Shown: positions 1 to 14,033 of the stretch, in pieces
Layout: every line of letters starts with the position of its first letter
How positions within the stretch are numbered: position 1 is the stretch's first letter
From: Camelus dromedarius
Lineage: Eukaryota
Reading direction: 5' to 3'
DNA: 64,000 nucleotides
Assembly (NCBI RefSeq): GCF_036321535.1
Contig: NC_087436.1
Span: forward strand, 3,782,001-3,846,000
Made by a program: the position numbers and the translations under genes
The notes under the pieces: generated by a model
Database searches by the model: none
The model's input: the letters and a program-made list of their open reading frames with translations, nothing else
Told to the model about the DNA's origin: nothing

Positions 1-999
1 CATATATATGTATGGAGTGGTGTTTGCAACTGAAAAGAAACTTTGTGTACCCAACAAGCTAGGTGAAGGACGGCTTTCACACAAACTTTTCTCTCAGAAC
101 TGACCCTGTGGAGAGACGTTCGTTCATCTAGCACAAAGGGAACGGGTTGCAGGAGAAACTTTTACTCTGGTTTCTCAGCCTGTTTCCTATGCCCAGTTTG
201 AAGTTCCTGCAGTTTTCTCTGTAAACCGAGTTGGAGCTAGTTCCTCCCCATATATATGTATGGATTTGAGTTTGCAACTGAAAAGAAACTTTGTGTTCCC
301 AACAAGCTAAGTGAAGGACGGCTTTCACACACACATATCTCTCAGAACTGAGCATGTGGAGAGACGTTCGTTCATCTAGCACAAATGGAACGGGTTGCAG
401 GAGAAACTTTTACTCCGGTTTCTCAGTCTGTTTCCTAGTGCCGGTTTGAATTTCCTGCAGTTTTCACTGTAAAACCGAGTTGGAGCTAGTACCTCCCCAT
501 ATATATGTTCGGAGTGGAATTTGCAACTGAAAAGAAACTTTGTGTTCCCAACAAGCTAGGTGAAGGACGGCTTTCACACACACTTATCTCTCAGAACTGA
601 GCATGTGGAGAGACGTACGTTCATCTAGCACCAAGGGAACGGTTTGCAGGAGAAACTTTTACTCTGGTTTCTCAGTCTGTTTCCTACAGCCGGTTTGATG
701 TTCCTGCAGTTTACACTGTAAAACAGAGTTGGAGCTAATACCTCCCCATATAAATCTATAGAGTGGAGTTTGCAAGTGAAAATTAGCTTTCTGTTCCCAA
801 CAAGCTAGGTGAAGGACGGCTTTCACACCCACTTATCTCTCAGAACTGAGCATGTGGAAAGACGTTCGTTCATCTAGCTCAAAGTGAACGGGTTGCAGGG
901 AAACTTTTACTCTGATTTCTCAGTCTGTTTCCTAGTGCCGGTTTGAAGTTCCTGCAGTTTTCACTATAAAACCGATTTGGAGCTTGTACCTCCCCATAT

Positions 1000-3735
1000 A
1001 TATGTATGGAGTGGAGTTTGCAAATGAAAAGAAACTTTGTGTTCCCAACAAGCTAGGTGAAGGACGGCTTTCACTCACACATATCTCTCAGAACTGAGCA
1101 TGTGGAGAGACGTTCGTTCATCTAGCACAAAGGGAACGGTTTGCAGGAGAAATTTTTACTCTGGTTTCTCTGTCTGTTTCCTACTGTCGGTTTGAAGTTC
1201 CTGCAGTTTTCACTGTAAAACTTAGTTGGAGCTAGTACTTTTCCATATAAATATATGGATTTGAGTTTGCAACTGAAAAGAAACTTTGTGTTCCCAACAA
1301 CCTAGGTGAAGGACGGCTTTCACACACACTTATCTTTCAGAACTGAGCATGTGGAGAGACGTTCATTCATCTAGCAAATAGGGAACGGTTTGCAGGAGAA
1401 ACTTTTACTGTGGATTCTCAGTCTGTTTCCTAGTTCCGGTTTGATGTTCCTGCAGTTTTAACTGTAAAACCGAGTTGGTGCTAGTACCTCCTCATATAAT
1501 TCTATTGAATGGAGTATGCAACTGAAAAGAAACTTTGTGTTCCCAACAAGCTAGGTGAAGGACGGCTTTCACACACACTTATCTCTCAGAACTGTGCATG
1601 TGGAGAGACGTTCGTTCAACTAGCACAAAGGGAACGGGTTGCAGACGAAACATTTACTCTGGTTTCTCAGTCTGTTTCCTAGGCCTGGTTTGAAGTTACT
1701 GCAGTTTTCACTGTAAACCGAGTTGGAGCTATTTCCTCCCCATATATATGTATGGAGTGGTGTTTGCATCTGAAAAGAAACTTTGTGTTCCCAACAAGCT
1801 AGGTGAAGGACGGCTTTCACACACACTTATCTCTCAGAACTGAGTATGTGGAGAGACGATCGTTCATCTAGCACAAAGGGAACGGGTTGCAGGAGAAACT
1901 TTTACTCTGGTTTCTCAGTCTGTTTCCTAGGACCAGTTTGAAGTTCCTGCAGTTTTCACTGTTATCCGAGTTGGAGCTAGTTCCTCCCCATATATATGTA
2001 TGGAGTGGAGTTTGCAACTGTAAAGAAACTTTGTGTTCCCAACAAGCAAGTTTAAGTACGGCTTTCACACACACTTATATCTTAGAACTGAGCATGTGGA
2101 GAGACGTTCGTTCATCTAGCACAAAGGGAACGTGTTGCAGGAGAAACTTTTACTCTGTTTTCTCAATATTTTTCCTAGTGCCGGGTTGAAGTTCCTGCAG
2201 TTTTCACTGTAAAACCGAGTTGGTTCTAGTACCTCCCCATATATATGTATGGAGTGGAGTTTGCAAATGAAAAGAAACTTTGTGTTCCCAACAAGCTAGG
2301 TGAAGGACGGCTTTCACACACACATATCTCTCAGAACTGAGCATGTGGAGAGACGTTCGTTCATCTAGCACAAAGGGAACGGTTTGCAAGAGAAATTTTT
2401 ACTCTGGTTTCTCTGTCTGTTTCCTACTGTCGGTTTGAAGTTCCTGCAGTTTTCACTGTAAAACTTAGTGGGAGCTAGTACCTCCCCATATATATATATG
2501 GAGAGAATTTGCAAGTGAAAAAATCTTTGTGTTCCCAACATGTTAGGTGAAGGACGGCTTTCACACACACTTATCTCTCAGAACTGAGCATTTGGAGAGA
2601 CGTTCGTTCATCTAGCACAAAGGGAACGGGTTGCAGGGGAAACTTTTACTCTGGTTTCTCAGTCTGTTTCCTGTTGCCGGTTTGATGATCCTGCAGTTTT
2701 CACTGTAAACCGAGTTGGAGCTAGTACTTTTCCATATATATATATGGATTTGAGTTTGCAACTGAAAAGAAACTTTGTGTTCCCAACAAGCTAGGTGAAG
2801 GACGGCTTTCACACACACTTATCTTTCAGAACTGAGCATGTGGAGAGACGTTCATTCATCTAGCAAATAGGGAACGGTTTGCAGGAGAAACTTTTACTCT
2901 GGATTCTCAGTCTGTTTCCTAGTTCCGGTTTGATGTTCCTGCATTTTGCACTGTAAAACCGAGTTGGTGCTAGTACCTCCTCATATAATTCTATGGAATG
3001 GAGTATGCAACTGAAAAGAAACTTTGTGTTCCCAACAAGCTAGGTGAAGGACGGCTTTCACACACACTTATCTCTCAGAACTGAGCATGTGGAGAGACGT
3101 TCGTTCAACTAGCAGAAAGGGAACGGGTTGCAGGAGAAATATTTACTCTGGTTTCTCAGTCTGTTTAATAGGCCCGGTTTGAAGTTACTGCAGTTTTCAC
3201 TGTAAACCGAGTTGGAGCTATTTCCTCCCCATATATATGTATGGAGTGGTGTTTGCATCTGAAAAGAAACTTTGTGTTCCCAACAAGCTAGGTGAAGGAC
3301 AGCTTTCACACACACTTATCTCTCAGAACTGAGCATGTGGAGAGACGTTCGTTCATCTAGCACAAAGGGAACGGGTTGCAGGAGAAACTTTTACTCTGGT
3401 TTCTCAGTCTGTTTCCTAGGCCCAGTTTGAAGTTCCTGCAGTTTTCACTGTTATCCGAGTTGGAGGTAGTTCCTCCCCATATATATGTATGGATTGGAGT
3501 TTGCAACTGAAAAGAAACTTTGTGTTCCCAACAAGCAAGTTTAAGTACGGCTTTCACACACACATATATCTCAGAACTGAGCATGTGGAGAGACGTTCGT
3601 TCATCTAGCACAAAGGGAACGTGTTCCAGGAGAAACTTTTACGCTGTTTTCTCAATATTTTTCCTAGTGCCGGGTTGAAGTTCCTGCAGTTTTCACTGTA
3701 AAACCGAGTTGGTTCTAGTACCTCCCCATATATAT
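1000..3735 (+). repeat. Local tandem duplication: 5-monomer copy (~1000-2245) followed by 6-monomer copy (~2245-3735)
   Basis: Shared private variants (agcaaataggg, cctcctcatataattct, gaagttactg, tgcatctg, ctgttatccg, caagcaagtttaagtac, ctcaatatttttcc) at offset 1489 (ORFs 1620/3109 and 1868/3357). Confidence 0.8.
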
Positions 3736-6700
3736 GTATGGAGTGGAGTTTGCATGAGAAAAGAAACTTTGTGTTCCCAACAAGCTTGGTGAAGTACGGC
3801 TTTCACACACACTTATCTCTTAGAAATGAGCATGTGGAGAGACGTTCGTTCATCTAGCACAAATGGAACGTGTTGCAGGAGAAACTTTTACTCTGGTTTC
3901 TCGGTCTGTTTCCTAGTTCCGGTTTAAAGTTCCTGCAGTTTTCACTGTAAAACCGAGTTGGAGCTAGTACCTCCCCATATATATGTATGGAGTGGTGTTT
4001 GCAACTGAAAAGAAACTTTGTGTACCCAACAAGCTAGGTGAAGGACGGCTTTCACACAAACTTTTCTCTCAGAACTGACCCTGTGGAGAGACGTTCGTTC
4101 ATCTAGCACAAAGGGAACGGGTTGCAGGAGAAAATTTTACTCTGGATTCTCAGCCTGTTTCCTATGCCCAGTTTGAAGTTCCTGCAGTTTTCTCTGTAAA
4201 CCGAGTTGGAGCTAGTTCCTCCCCATATATATGTATGGATTTGAGTTTGCAACTGAAAAGAAACTTTGTTTTCCCAACAAGCTAAGTGAAGGACGGCTTT
4301 CACACACACTTATCTCTCAGAACTGAGCATGTGGAGAGACGTTCGTTCATCTAGCACAAAAGGAACGTGTTGCAGGGGAAAATTTTACTCTGGATTCTCA
4401 ATATTTTTCCTAGTGCCGGTTTGAAGTTCCTGCAGTTTTCACTGTAAAACCGAGTTGGATCTAGTACCTCCCCATATATATGTATGGAGTGGAGTTTGCA
4501 TGTGAAAAGAAACTTTGTTTTCCCAACAAGCTTGTTGAAGGACGGCTTTCAAACACACTTATCTCTTAGAAATGAGCATTTGGAGAGACTTTCGTTCATC
4601 TAGCACAAAGGGAACGGGTTGCAGGAGGAACTTTTTCTCTGGATTTTCAGTCTGTTTCCTACTGCCGGTTTGAAGTTCCTGCAGTTTTCACTCTAAAACC
4701 GAGTTGGAGCTAGTACTTCCCCATATATATGTATGGAGTGGAGTTGGCAAGTGAAAAGAAGCTTTGTGTTCCCAACAAGCCGGGTGAAGGACGGCTATCA
4801 CACACACTTATCTCTCAGAACTGAGCATGTGGAGAGATGTTCGTTAATCTAGCACAAAGGGAACGGGTTTCAGGAGAAATATTACTCTGGTTTCTCAGTC
4901 TGTTTCCTAGTGCCGGTTTGAAGTTCCTGCAGTTTTCACTGTAAAACCGAGTTGGAGCTAGTACCTCCACATATATATCTAAGGAGTGGAGTTTGCAACT
5001 GAAAAGAAACTTTGTGCTCCCAACAAGCTAGGTGAAGGAAGGCTTTCACACAAACATATCACTCAGAACTGAGCATGTGGAAAGACGTTCGTTCATCTAG
5101 CACAAATGGAACGGGTTGCAGGTGAAACTTTTACTCTGGTTTCTCAGTCTATTTCCTAGTGCCAGTTTGAAGTTCCTGCAGTTTTCACTGTAAACCGAGT
5201 TGGAGTTAGTACTTCCCCATATATATGTATAGTTTTGAGTTTGCAACTGAAAAGAAACTTTGTGTTCCCAACAAGCTTGTTGAAGGACGGCTTTCACACA
5301 CAATTATCTCTTAGAAATGAGCATGTGGAGAGACTTTCGTTCATCTAGCACAAAGGGATCGGGTTGCAGGAGGAACTTTTTCTCTGGATTTTCAGTCTGT
5401 TTCCTAGTGCCGTTTTGAAGATCCTGCAGTTTTCACTGTAAAACCAAGTTGTAGCTAGTACCTACCCATATATATGTATGGAGTGGAATTTGCAACTGAA
5501 AAGAAACTTTGTGTTCCCAACAAGCAAAGTAAAGGACGGCTTTCACACACTCTTGTCTCTCAGAACTGAGCATGTGGAGAGACGTTCGTTCATCTAGCAC
5601 AAAGGGAACGGGTTGCAGGAGAAACTATTACTCTGGATTCTCAGTCTGTTTCCTAGTGCCGGTTTGAAGTTCCTGCAGTTTTCACTGTAAAACCGAGTTG
5701 GAGCTAGAACCTCCCCATATATATGTATGGAGTGGATTTGGCAACTTAAAAGAAACTTTGTGTTCCCAACAAGTTAGGTGAAGGACGGCTTTCACACACA
5801 CTTATCTCTCAGAAATGAGCATGTGGAGAGACGTTCTTTCATCTAGCACAAAGGGAACGGGTTGCAGGAGAAAATTTTACTCTGATTTCTCAGTCTGTTT
5901 CCTGTTGCCGGTTTGATGTTCCTGCAGTTTTCACTGTAAACCGAGTTGGAGCTTGTACTTCCCCATATATATGTATGGTTTTGAGTTTGCAACTGAAAAG
6001 AAACTTTGTGTTCCCAACAAGCTAGGTGAAGGAAGGCTTCACTCACAATTATCTCTCAGAACTTAGCATGTGGAGAGACGTTCGTTCATCTTGCTCAAAG
6101 TGAACTGGATGCAGGTGAAACTTTTTCTCTGTTTTCTCAGTCTGTTTCCTAGTGCCGGTTTGAAGTTCCTGCAGTTTTCACTGTAAAACCGAGTTGGAAC
6201 TAGTACTTCCCCTTATATATTTATGGAGTATAGTTTGCAAATGAAAAGAAACTTTGTGTTCCCAACAAGCTAGGTGAAGGACGGCTTTCACACACACTTA
6301 TCTCTCAGAACTGAGCATGTGGAGAGACGTTCGTTCATCTAGCACAAAGTGATCGGGTTCAGGGGAAGCTTTTACTCTGGTTTCTCAGTCTGTTTCTAGT
6401 GCCGGTTGGAAGTTCCTGCAGTTTTCACTGTAAAACCGAGTTGGAGCTAGTACCTCCCCATATTTATGTATGGAGTAGAGTTTGCAACTGAAACGGAACT
6501 CTGTGTTCCCAACAAGCTATGTGAAGGACGGCTTTTACACACATTTATCTCTCAGAACTGAGCATGTGGAGAGACGTTCGTTCATCTAGCACAAAGGGAA
6601 CGGGTTGCAGGAGAAATATTACTCTGGTTTCTCAGTCTGTTTCCTAGTGCCGGTTTGAAGTTCCAGCAGTTTTCACTGTAAAACCGAGTTGGAGCTAGTA

Positions 6701-9700
6701 CCTCCACATATATATCTAAGGAGTGGAGTTTGCAACTGAAAAGAAACTTTGTGCTCCCAACAAGCTAGGTGAAGGAAGGCTTTCACACAAACATATCACT
6801 CAGAACTGAGCATGTGGAAAGACGTTCGTTCATATAGCACAAATGGAACGGGTTGCAGGTGAAACTTTTACACTGGTTTCTCAGTCTATTTCCTAGTGCC
6901 AGTTTGAAGTTCCTGCAGTTTTCACTGTAAACCGAGTTGGAGCTAGTACTTCCCCATATATATGTATGGTTTTGAGTTTGCAACTGAAAAGAAACTTTGT
7001 GTTCCCAACAAGCTTGTTGAAGGACGGCTTTCACACACAATTATCTCTTAGAAATGAGCATGTAGAGAGACTTTCGTTCATCTAGCACAAAGGGAACGGG
7101 TTGCAGGAGAAACTATTACTCTGGAGTCTCAGTCTGTTTCCTAGTGCCGGTTTGAAGTTCCTGCAGTTTTCACTGTAAAACCGAGTTGGAGCTAGTACCT
7201 CCCCATATATATGTATGGAGTGGATTTGGCAACTGAAAAGAAACTTTGTGTTCCCAACAAGTTAGGTGAAGGACGGCTTTCACACACACTTATCTCTCAG
7301 AACTGAGCATGTGGAGAGACGTTCGTTCATCTAGCGCAAAGGGAACGGGTTGCAGGAGAAACTTTAACTCTGGTTTCTCAGTCTGTTTCCTGTTGCCGGT
7401 TTGATGTTCCTGCAGGTTTCACTGTAAACCGAGTTGGAGCTAGTACTTCCCCATATATATGTATGGAGTAGAGTTTGCAAGTGAAAAGAAACTTTGTGTT
7501 CCCAACAAGCTAGGTGAAGGACGGCTTTCTCACACACTTATCTCTCAGAACTGAGCATGTGGAGAGACGTTCGTTCATCTAGCACAAAGTGATCGGGTTC
7601 AGGGGAAGATATTACTCTGGTTTCTCAGTGTGTTTCTAGTGCCGGTTGGAAGTTCCTGCAGTTTTCACTCTAAAACCGAGTTGGAGCTAGTACCTCCCCA
7701 TATATATGTATGGAGTAGATTTTGCAACTGAAAAGAAACTCTGTGTTCCCAACAAGCTATGTGAAGGACGGCTTTTAAACACATTTATCTCTCAGAACTG
7801 AGCATGTGGAGAGACGTTCGTTCATCTAGCACAAAGGGATCGGGTTGCAGGAGGAACTTTTTCTCTGGATTTTCAGTCTGTTTCCTAGTGCCGTTTTGAA
7901 GATCCTGCAGTTTTCACTGTAAAACCAAGTTGTAGCTAGTACCTACCCATATATATGTATGGAGTGGAATTTGCAACTGAAAAGAATCTTTGTGTTCCCA
8001 ACAAGCAAAGTAAAGGACGGCTTTCACACACTCTTGTCTCTCAGAACTGAGCATGTGGAGAGACGTTCGTTCATCTAGCACAAAGGGAACGGTTTGCAAG
8101 TGAAATTTTTACTCTGGTTTCTCTGTCTGTTTCCTACTGTCGGTTTGAAGTTCCTGCAGTTTTCACTGTAAAACTTAGTTGGAGCTAGTACCTCCCCATA
8201 TATATATATGGAGAGAATTTGCAAGTGAAAAAATCTTTGTGTTCCCAACATGTTAGGTGAAGGACGGCTTTCACACACACTTATCTCTCAGAACTGAGCA
8301 TTTGGAGAGACGTTCGTTCATCTAGCACAAAGGGAACGGGTTGCAGGGGAAACTTTTACTCTGGTTTCTCAGTCTGTTTCCTGTTGCCGGTTTGATGATC
8401 CTGCAGTTTTCACTGTAAACCGAGTTGGAGCTAGTACTTTTCCATATATATATATGGATTTGAGTTTGCAACTGAAAAGAAACTTTGTGTTCCCAACAAG
8501 CTAGGTGAATGACGGATTTCACACACACTTATCTTTCAGAACTGAGCATGTGGAGAGACGTTCATTCATCTAGCAAATAGGGAACGGTTTGCAGGAGAAA
8601 CTTTTACTCTGGATTCTCAGTCTGTTTCCTAGTTCCGGTTTGATGTTCCTGCATTTTGCACTGTAAAACCGAGTTGGTGCTAGTACCTCCTCATATAATT
8701 CTATGGAATGGAGTATGCAACTGAAAAGAAACTTTGTGTTCCCAACAAGCTAGGTGAAGGACGGCTTTCACACACACTTATCTCTCAGAACTGAGCATGT
8801 GGAGAGACGTTCGTTCAACTAGCAGAAAGGGAACGGGTTGCAGGAGAAATATTTACTCTGGATTCTCAGTCTGTTTAATAGGCCCGGTTTGAAGTTACTG
8901 CAGTTTTCACTGTAAACCGAGTTGGAGCTATTTCCTCCCCATATATATGTATGGAGTGGTGTTTGCATCTGAAAAGAAACTTTGTGTTCCCAACAAGCTA
9001 GGTGAAGGACAGCTTTCACACACACTTATCTCTCAGAACTGAGCATGTGGAGAGACGTTCGTTCATCTAGCACAAAGGGAACGGGTTGCAGGAGAAACTT
9101 TTACTCTGGTTTCTCAGTCTGTTTCCTAGGCCCAGTTTGAAGTTCCTGCAGTTTTCACTGTTATCCGAGTTGGAGGTAGTTCCTCCCCATATATATGTAT
9201 GGATTGGAGTTTGCAACTGAAAAGAAACTTTGTGTTCCCAACAAGCAAGTTTAAGTACGGCTTTCACACACACATATATCTCAGAACTGAGCATGTGGAG
9301 AGACGTTCGTTCATCTAGCACAAAGGGAACGTGTTCCAGGAGAAACTTTTACGCTGTTTTCTCAATATTTTTCCTAGTGCCGGGTTGAAGTTCCTGCAGT
9401 TTTCACTGTAAAACCGAGTTGGTTCTAGTACCTCCCCATATATATGTATGGAGTGGAGTTTGCATGAGAAAAGAAACTTTGTGTTCCCAACAAGCTTGGT
9501 GAAGTACGGCTTTCACACACACTTATCTCTTAGAAATGAGCATGTGGAGAGACGTTCGTTCATCTAGCACAAATGGAACGTGTTGCAGGAGAAACTTTTA
9601 CTCTGGTTTCTCGGTCTGTTTCCTAGTTCCGGTTTCAAGTTCCTGCAGTTTTCACTGTAAAACCGAGTTGGAGCTAGTACCTCCCCATATATATGTATGG

Positions 9701-12700
9701 AGTGGTGTTTGCAACTGAAAAGAAACTTTGTGTACCCAACAAGCTAGGTGAAGGACGGCTTTCACACAAACTTTTCTCTCAGAACTGACCCTGTGGAGAG
9801 ACGTTCGTTCATCTAGCACAAAGGGAACGGGTTGCAGGAGAAAATTTTACTCTGGATTCTCAGCCTGTTTCCTATGCCCAGTTTGAAGTTCCTGCAGTTT
9901 TCTCTGTAAACCGAGTTGGAGCTAGTTCCTCCCCATATATATGTATGGATTTGAGTTTGCAACTGAAAAGAAACTTTGTGTTCCCAACAAGCTAAGTGAA
10001 GGACGGCTTTCACACACACTTATCTCTCAGAACTGAGCATGTGGAGAGACGTTCGTTCATCTAGCACAAAAGGAACGTGTTGCAGGGGAAAATTTTACTC
10101 TGGATTCTCAATATTTTTCCTAGTGCCGGTTTGAAGTTCCTGCAGTTTTCACTGTAAAACCGAGTTGGATCTAGTACCTCCCCATATATATGTATGGAGT
10201 GGAGTTTGCATGTGAAAAGAAACTTTGTTTTCCCAACAAGCTTGTTGAAGGACGGCTTTCAAACACACTTATCTCTTAGAAATGAGCATTTGGAGAGACT
10301 TTCGTTCATCTAGCACAAAGGGAACGGGTTGCAGGAGGAACTTTTTCTCTGGATTTTCAGTCTGTTTCCTACTGCCGGTTTGAAGTTCCTGCAGTTTTCA
10401 CTCTAAAACCGAGTTGGAGCTAGTACTTCCCCATATATATGTATGGAGTGGAGTTGGCAAGTGAAAAGAAGCTTTGTGTTCCCAACAAGCCGGGTGAAGG
10501 ACGGCTATCACACACACGTATCTCTCAGAACTGAGCATGTGGAGAGATGTTCGTTAATCTACCACAAAGGGAACGGGTTGCAGGAGAAATATTACTCTGG
10601 TTTCTCAGTCTGTTTCCTAGTGCCGGTTTGAAGTTCCTGCAGTTTTCACTGTAAAACCGAGTTGGAGCTAGTACCTCCACATATATATCTAAGGAGTGGA
10701 GTTTGCAACTGAAAAGAAACTTTGTGCTCCCAACAAGCTAGGTGAAGGAAGGCTTTCACACAAACATATCACTCAGAACTGAGCATGTGGAAAGACGTTC
10801 GTTCATCTAGCACAAATGGAACGGGTTGCAGGTGAAACTTTTACTCTGGTTTCTCAGTCTATTTCCTAGTGCCAGTTTGAAGTTTCTGCAGTTTTCACTG
10901 TAAACCGAGTTGGAGTTAGTACTTCCCCATATATATGTATAGTTTTGAGTTTGCAACTGAAAAGAAACTTTGTGTTCCCAACAAGCTTGTTGAAGGACGG
11001 CTTTCACACACAATTATCTCTTAGAAATGAGCATGTGGAGAGACTTTCGTTCATCTAGCACAAAGGGATCGGGTTGCAGGAGGAACTTTTTCTCTGGATT
11101 TTCAGTCTGTTTCCTAGTGCCGTTTTGAAGATCCTGCAGTTTTCACTGTAAAACCAAGTTGTAGCTAGTACCTACCCATATATATGTATGGAGTGGAATT
11201 TGCAACTGAAAAGAAACTTTGTGGTCCCAACAAGCAAAGTAAAGGACGGCTTTCACACACTCTTGTCTCTCAGAACTGAGCATGTGGAGAGACGTTCGTT
11301 CATCTAGCACAAAGGGAACGGGTTGCAGGAGAAACTATTACTCTGGATTCTCAGTCTGTTTCCTAGTGCCGGTTTGAAGTTCCTGCAGTTTTCACTGTAA
11401 AACCGAGTTGGAGCTAGAACCTCCCCATATATATGTATGGAGTGGATTTGGCAACTTAAAGAAACTTTGTGTTCCCAACAAGTTAGGTGAAGGACGGCTT
11501 TCACACACACTTATCTCTCAGAAATGAGCATGTGGAGAGACGTTCTTTCATCTAGCACAAAGGGAACGGGTTGCAGGAGAAAATTTTACTCTGATTTCTC
11601 AGTCTGTTTCCTGTTGCCGGTTTGATGTTCCTGCAGTTTTCACTGTAAACCGAGTTGGAGCTTGTACTTCCCCATATATATGTATGGTTTTGAGTTTGCA
11701 ACTGAAAAGAAACTTTGTGTTCCCAACAAGCTAGGTGAAGGAAGGCTTCACTCACAATTATCTCTCAGAACTTAGCATGTGGAGAGACGTTCGTTCATCT
11801 TGCTCAAAGTGAACTGGATGCAGGTGAAACTTTTTCTCTGGTTTCTCAGTCTGTTTCCTAGTGCCGGTTTGAAGTTCCTGCAGTTTTCACTGTAAAACCG
11901 AGTTGGAACTAGTACTTCCCCTTATATATTTATGGAGTATAGTTTGCAAATGAAAAGAAACTTTGTGTTCCCAACAAGCTAGGTGAAGGACGGCTTTCAC
12001 ACACACTTATCTCTCAGAACTGAGCATGTGGAGAGACGTTCGTTCATCTAGCACAAAGTGATCGGGTTCAGGGGAAGCTTTTACTCTGGTTTCTCAGTCT
12101 GTTTCTAGTGCCGGTTGGAAGTTCCTGCAGTTTTCACTGTAAAACCGAGTTGGAGCTAGTACCTCCCCATATTTATGTATGAAGTAGAGTTTGCAACTGA
12201 AACGGAACTCTGTGTTCCCAACAAGCTATGTGAAGGACGGCTTTTACACACATTTATCTCTCAGAACTGAGCATGTGGAGAGACGTTCGTTCATCTAGCA
12301 CAAAGGGAACGGGTTGCAGGAGAAATATTACTCTGGTTTCTCAGTCTGTTTCCTAGTGCCGGTTTGAAGTTCCAGCAGTTTTCACTGTAAAACCGAGTTG
12401 GAGCTAGTACCTCCACATATATATCTAAGGAGTGGAGTTTGCAACTGAAAAGAAACTTTGTGCTCCCAACATGCTAGGTGAATGAAGGCTTTCACACAAA
12501 CATATCACTCAGAACTGAGCATGTGGAAAGACGTTCGTTCATCTAGCACAAATGGAACGGGTTGCAGGTGAAACTTTTACTCTGGTTTCTCAGTCTATTT
12601 CCTAGTGCCAGTTTGAAGTTCCTGCAGTTTTCACTGTAAACCGAGTTGGAGCTAGTACTTCCCCATATATATGTATGGTTTTGAGTTTGCAACTGAAAAG

Positions 12701-14033
12701 AAACTTTGTGTTCCCAACAAGCTTGTTGAAGGACGGCTTTCACACACAATTATCTCTTAGAAATGAGCATGTAGAGAGACTTTCGTTCATCTAGCACAAA
12801 GGGATCGGGTTGCAGGAGGAAATTTTTCTCTGGATTTTCAGTCTGTTTCCTAGTGCCGTTTTGAAGATCCTGCAGTTTTCACTGTAAAACAAAATTGTAG
12901 CTAGTACCTACCCATATATATGTATGGAGTGGAATTTGCAACTGAAAAGAAACTTTGTGTTCCCAACAAGCAAAGTAAAGGACGGCTTTCACACACTCTT
13001 GTCTCTCAGAACGGAGCATGTGGAGAGACGTTCGTTCATCTAGCACAAAGGGAACGGGTTGCAGGAGAAACTATTACTCTGGAGTCTCAGTCTGTTTCCT
13101 AGTGCCGGTTTGAAGTTCCTGCAGTTTTCACTGTAAAACCGAGTTGGAGCTAGTACCTCCCCATATATATGTATGGAGTGGATTTGGCAACTGAAAAGAA
13201 ACTTTGTGTTCCCAACAAGTTAGGTGAAGGACGGCTTTCACACACACTTATCTCTCAGAACTGAGCATGTGGAGAGACGTTCGTTCATCTAGCGCAAAGG
13301 GAACGGGTTGCAGGAGAAACTTTTACTCTGGTTTCTCAGTCTGTTTCCTGTTGCCGGTTTGATGTTCCTGCAGGTTTCACTGTAAACCGAGTTGGAGCTA
13401 GTACTTCCCCATATATATGTATGGATTAGAGTTTGCAAGTGAAAAGAAACTTTGTGTTCCCAACAAGCTAGGTGAAGGACGGCTTTCTCACACACTTATC
13501 TCTCAGAACTGAGCATGTGGAGAGACGTTCGTTCATCTAGCACAAAGTGATCGGGTTCAGGGGAAGATATTACTCTGGTTTCTCAGTGTGTTTCTAGTGC
13601 CGGTTGGAAGTTCCTGCAGTTTTCACTCTAAAACCGAGTTGGAGCTAGTACCTCCCCATATATATATATGGAGTAGATTTTGCAACTGAAAAGAATCTCT
13701 GTGTTCCCAACAAGCTATGTGAAGGACGGCTTTTACACACATTTATCTCTCAGAACTGAGCATGTGGAGAGACGTTCGTTCATCTAGCACAAAGGGATCG
13801 GTTTGCAGGAGGAACTTTTTCTCTGGTTTTTCAGTCTGTTTCCTAGTGCCGTTTTGAAGATCCTGCAGTTTTCACTGTAAAACCAAGTTGTAGCTAGTAC
13901 CTACCCATATATATGTATGGAGTGGAATTTGCAACTGAAAAGAAACTTTGTGTTCCCAACAAGCAAAGTAAAGGACGGCTTTCACACACTCTTGTCTCTC
14001 AGAACTGAGCATGTGGAGAGACGTTCGTTCATC
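2365..14033 (+). repeat. Large near-identical tandem duplication: 23-monomer unit (2365-8074) and 24-monomer copy (8075-~14033)
   Basis: ORF pairs 2365/8075, 2612/8322, 3109/8819, 3357/9067, 4103/9813 and 5097/10807 all have offset 5710. Private variants are shared throughout. Copy 2 has one extra monomer at ~12791-13039. Confidence 0.92.

Noticed and set aside
78..96. Microsatellites (CA)n, (CT)n and (TA)n
   Set aside because: Each has only a few units and is a fixed part of the monomer, not an independent locus.
24..100. Primate alpha satellite, suggested by words like agaaactttgtg and tctcagaa
   Set aside because: The period is 249 bp rather than 171 or 342 bp, and the similarity is limited to short words. 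There is no canonical CENP-B box and no recognisable pJ-alpha box.
111..130. Pol III B-box, or a tandem tRNA/5S/SINE array, suggested by gttcgttc
   Set aside because: It does not fit GWTCRANNC. There is no A-box or cloverleaf and no recognisable 5S or snRNA sequence.
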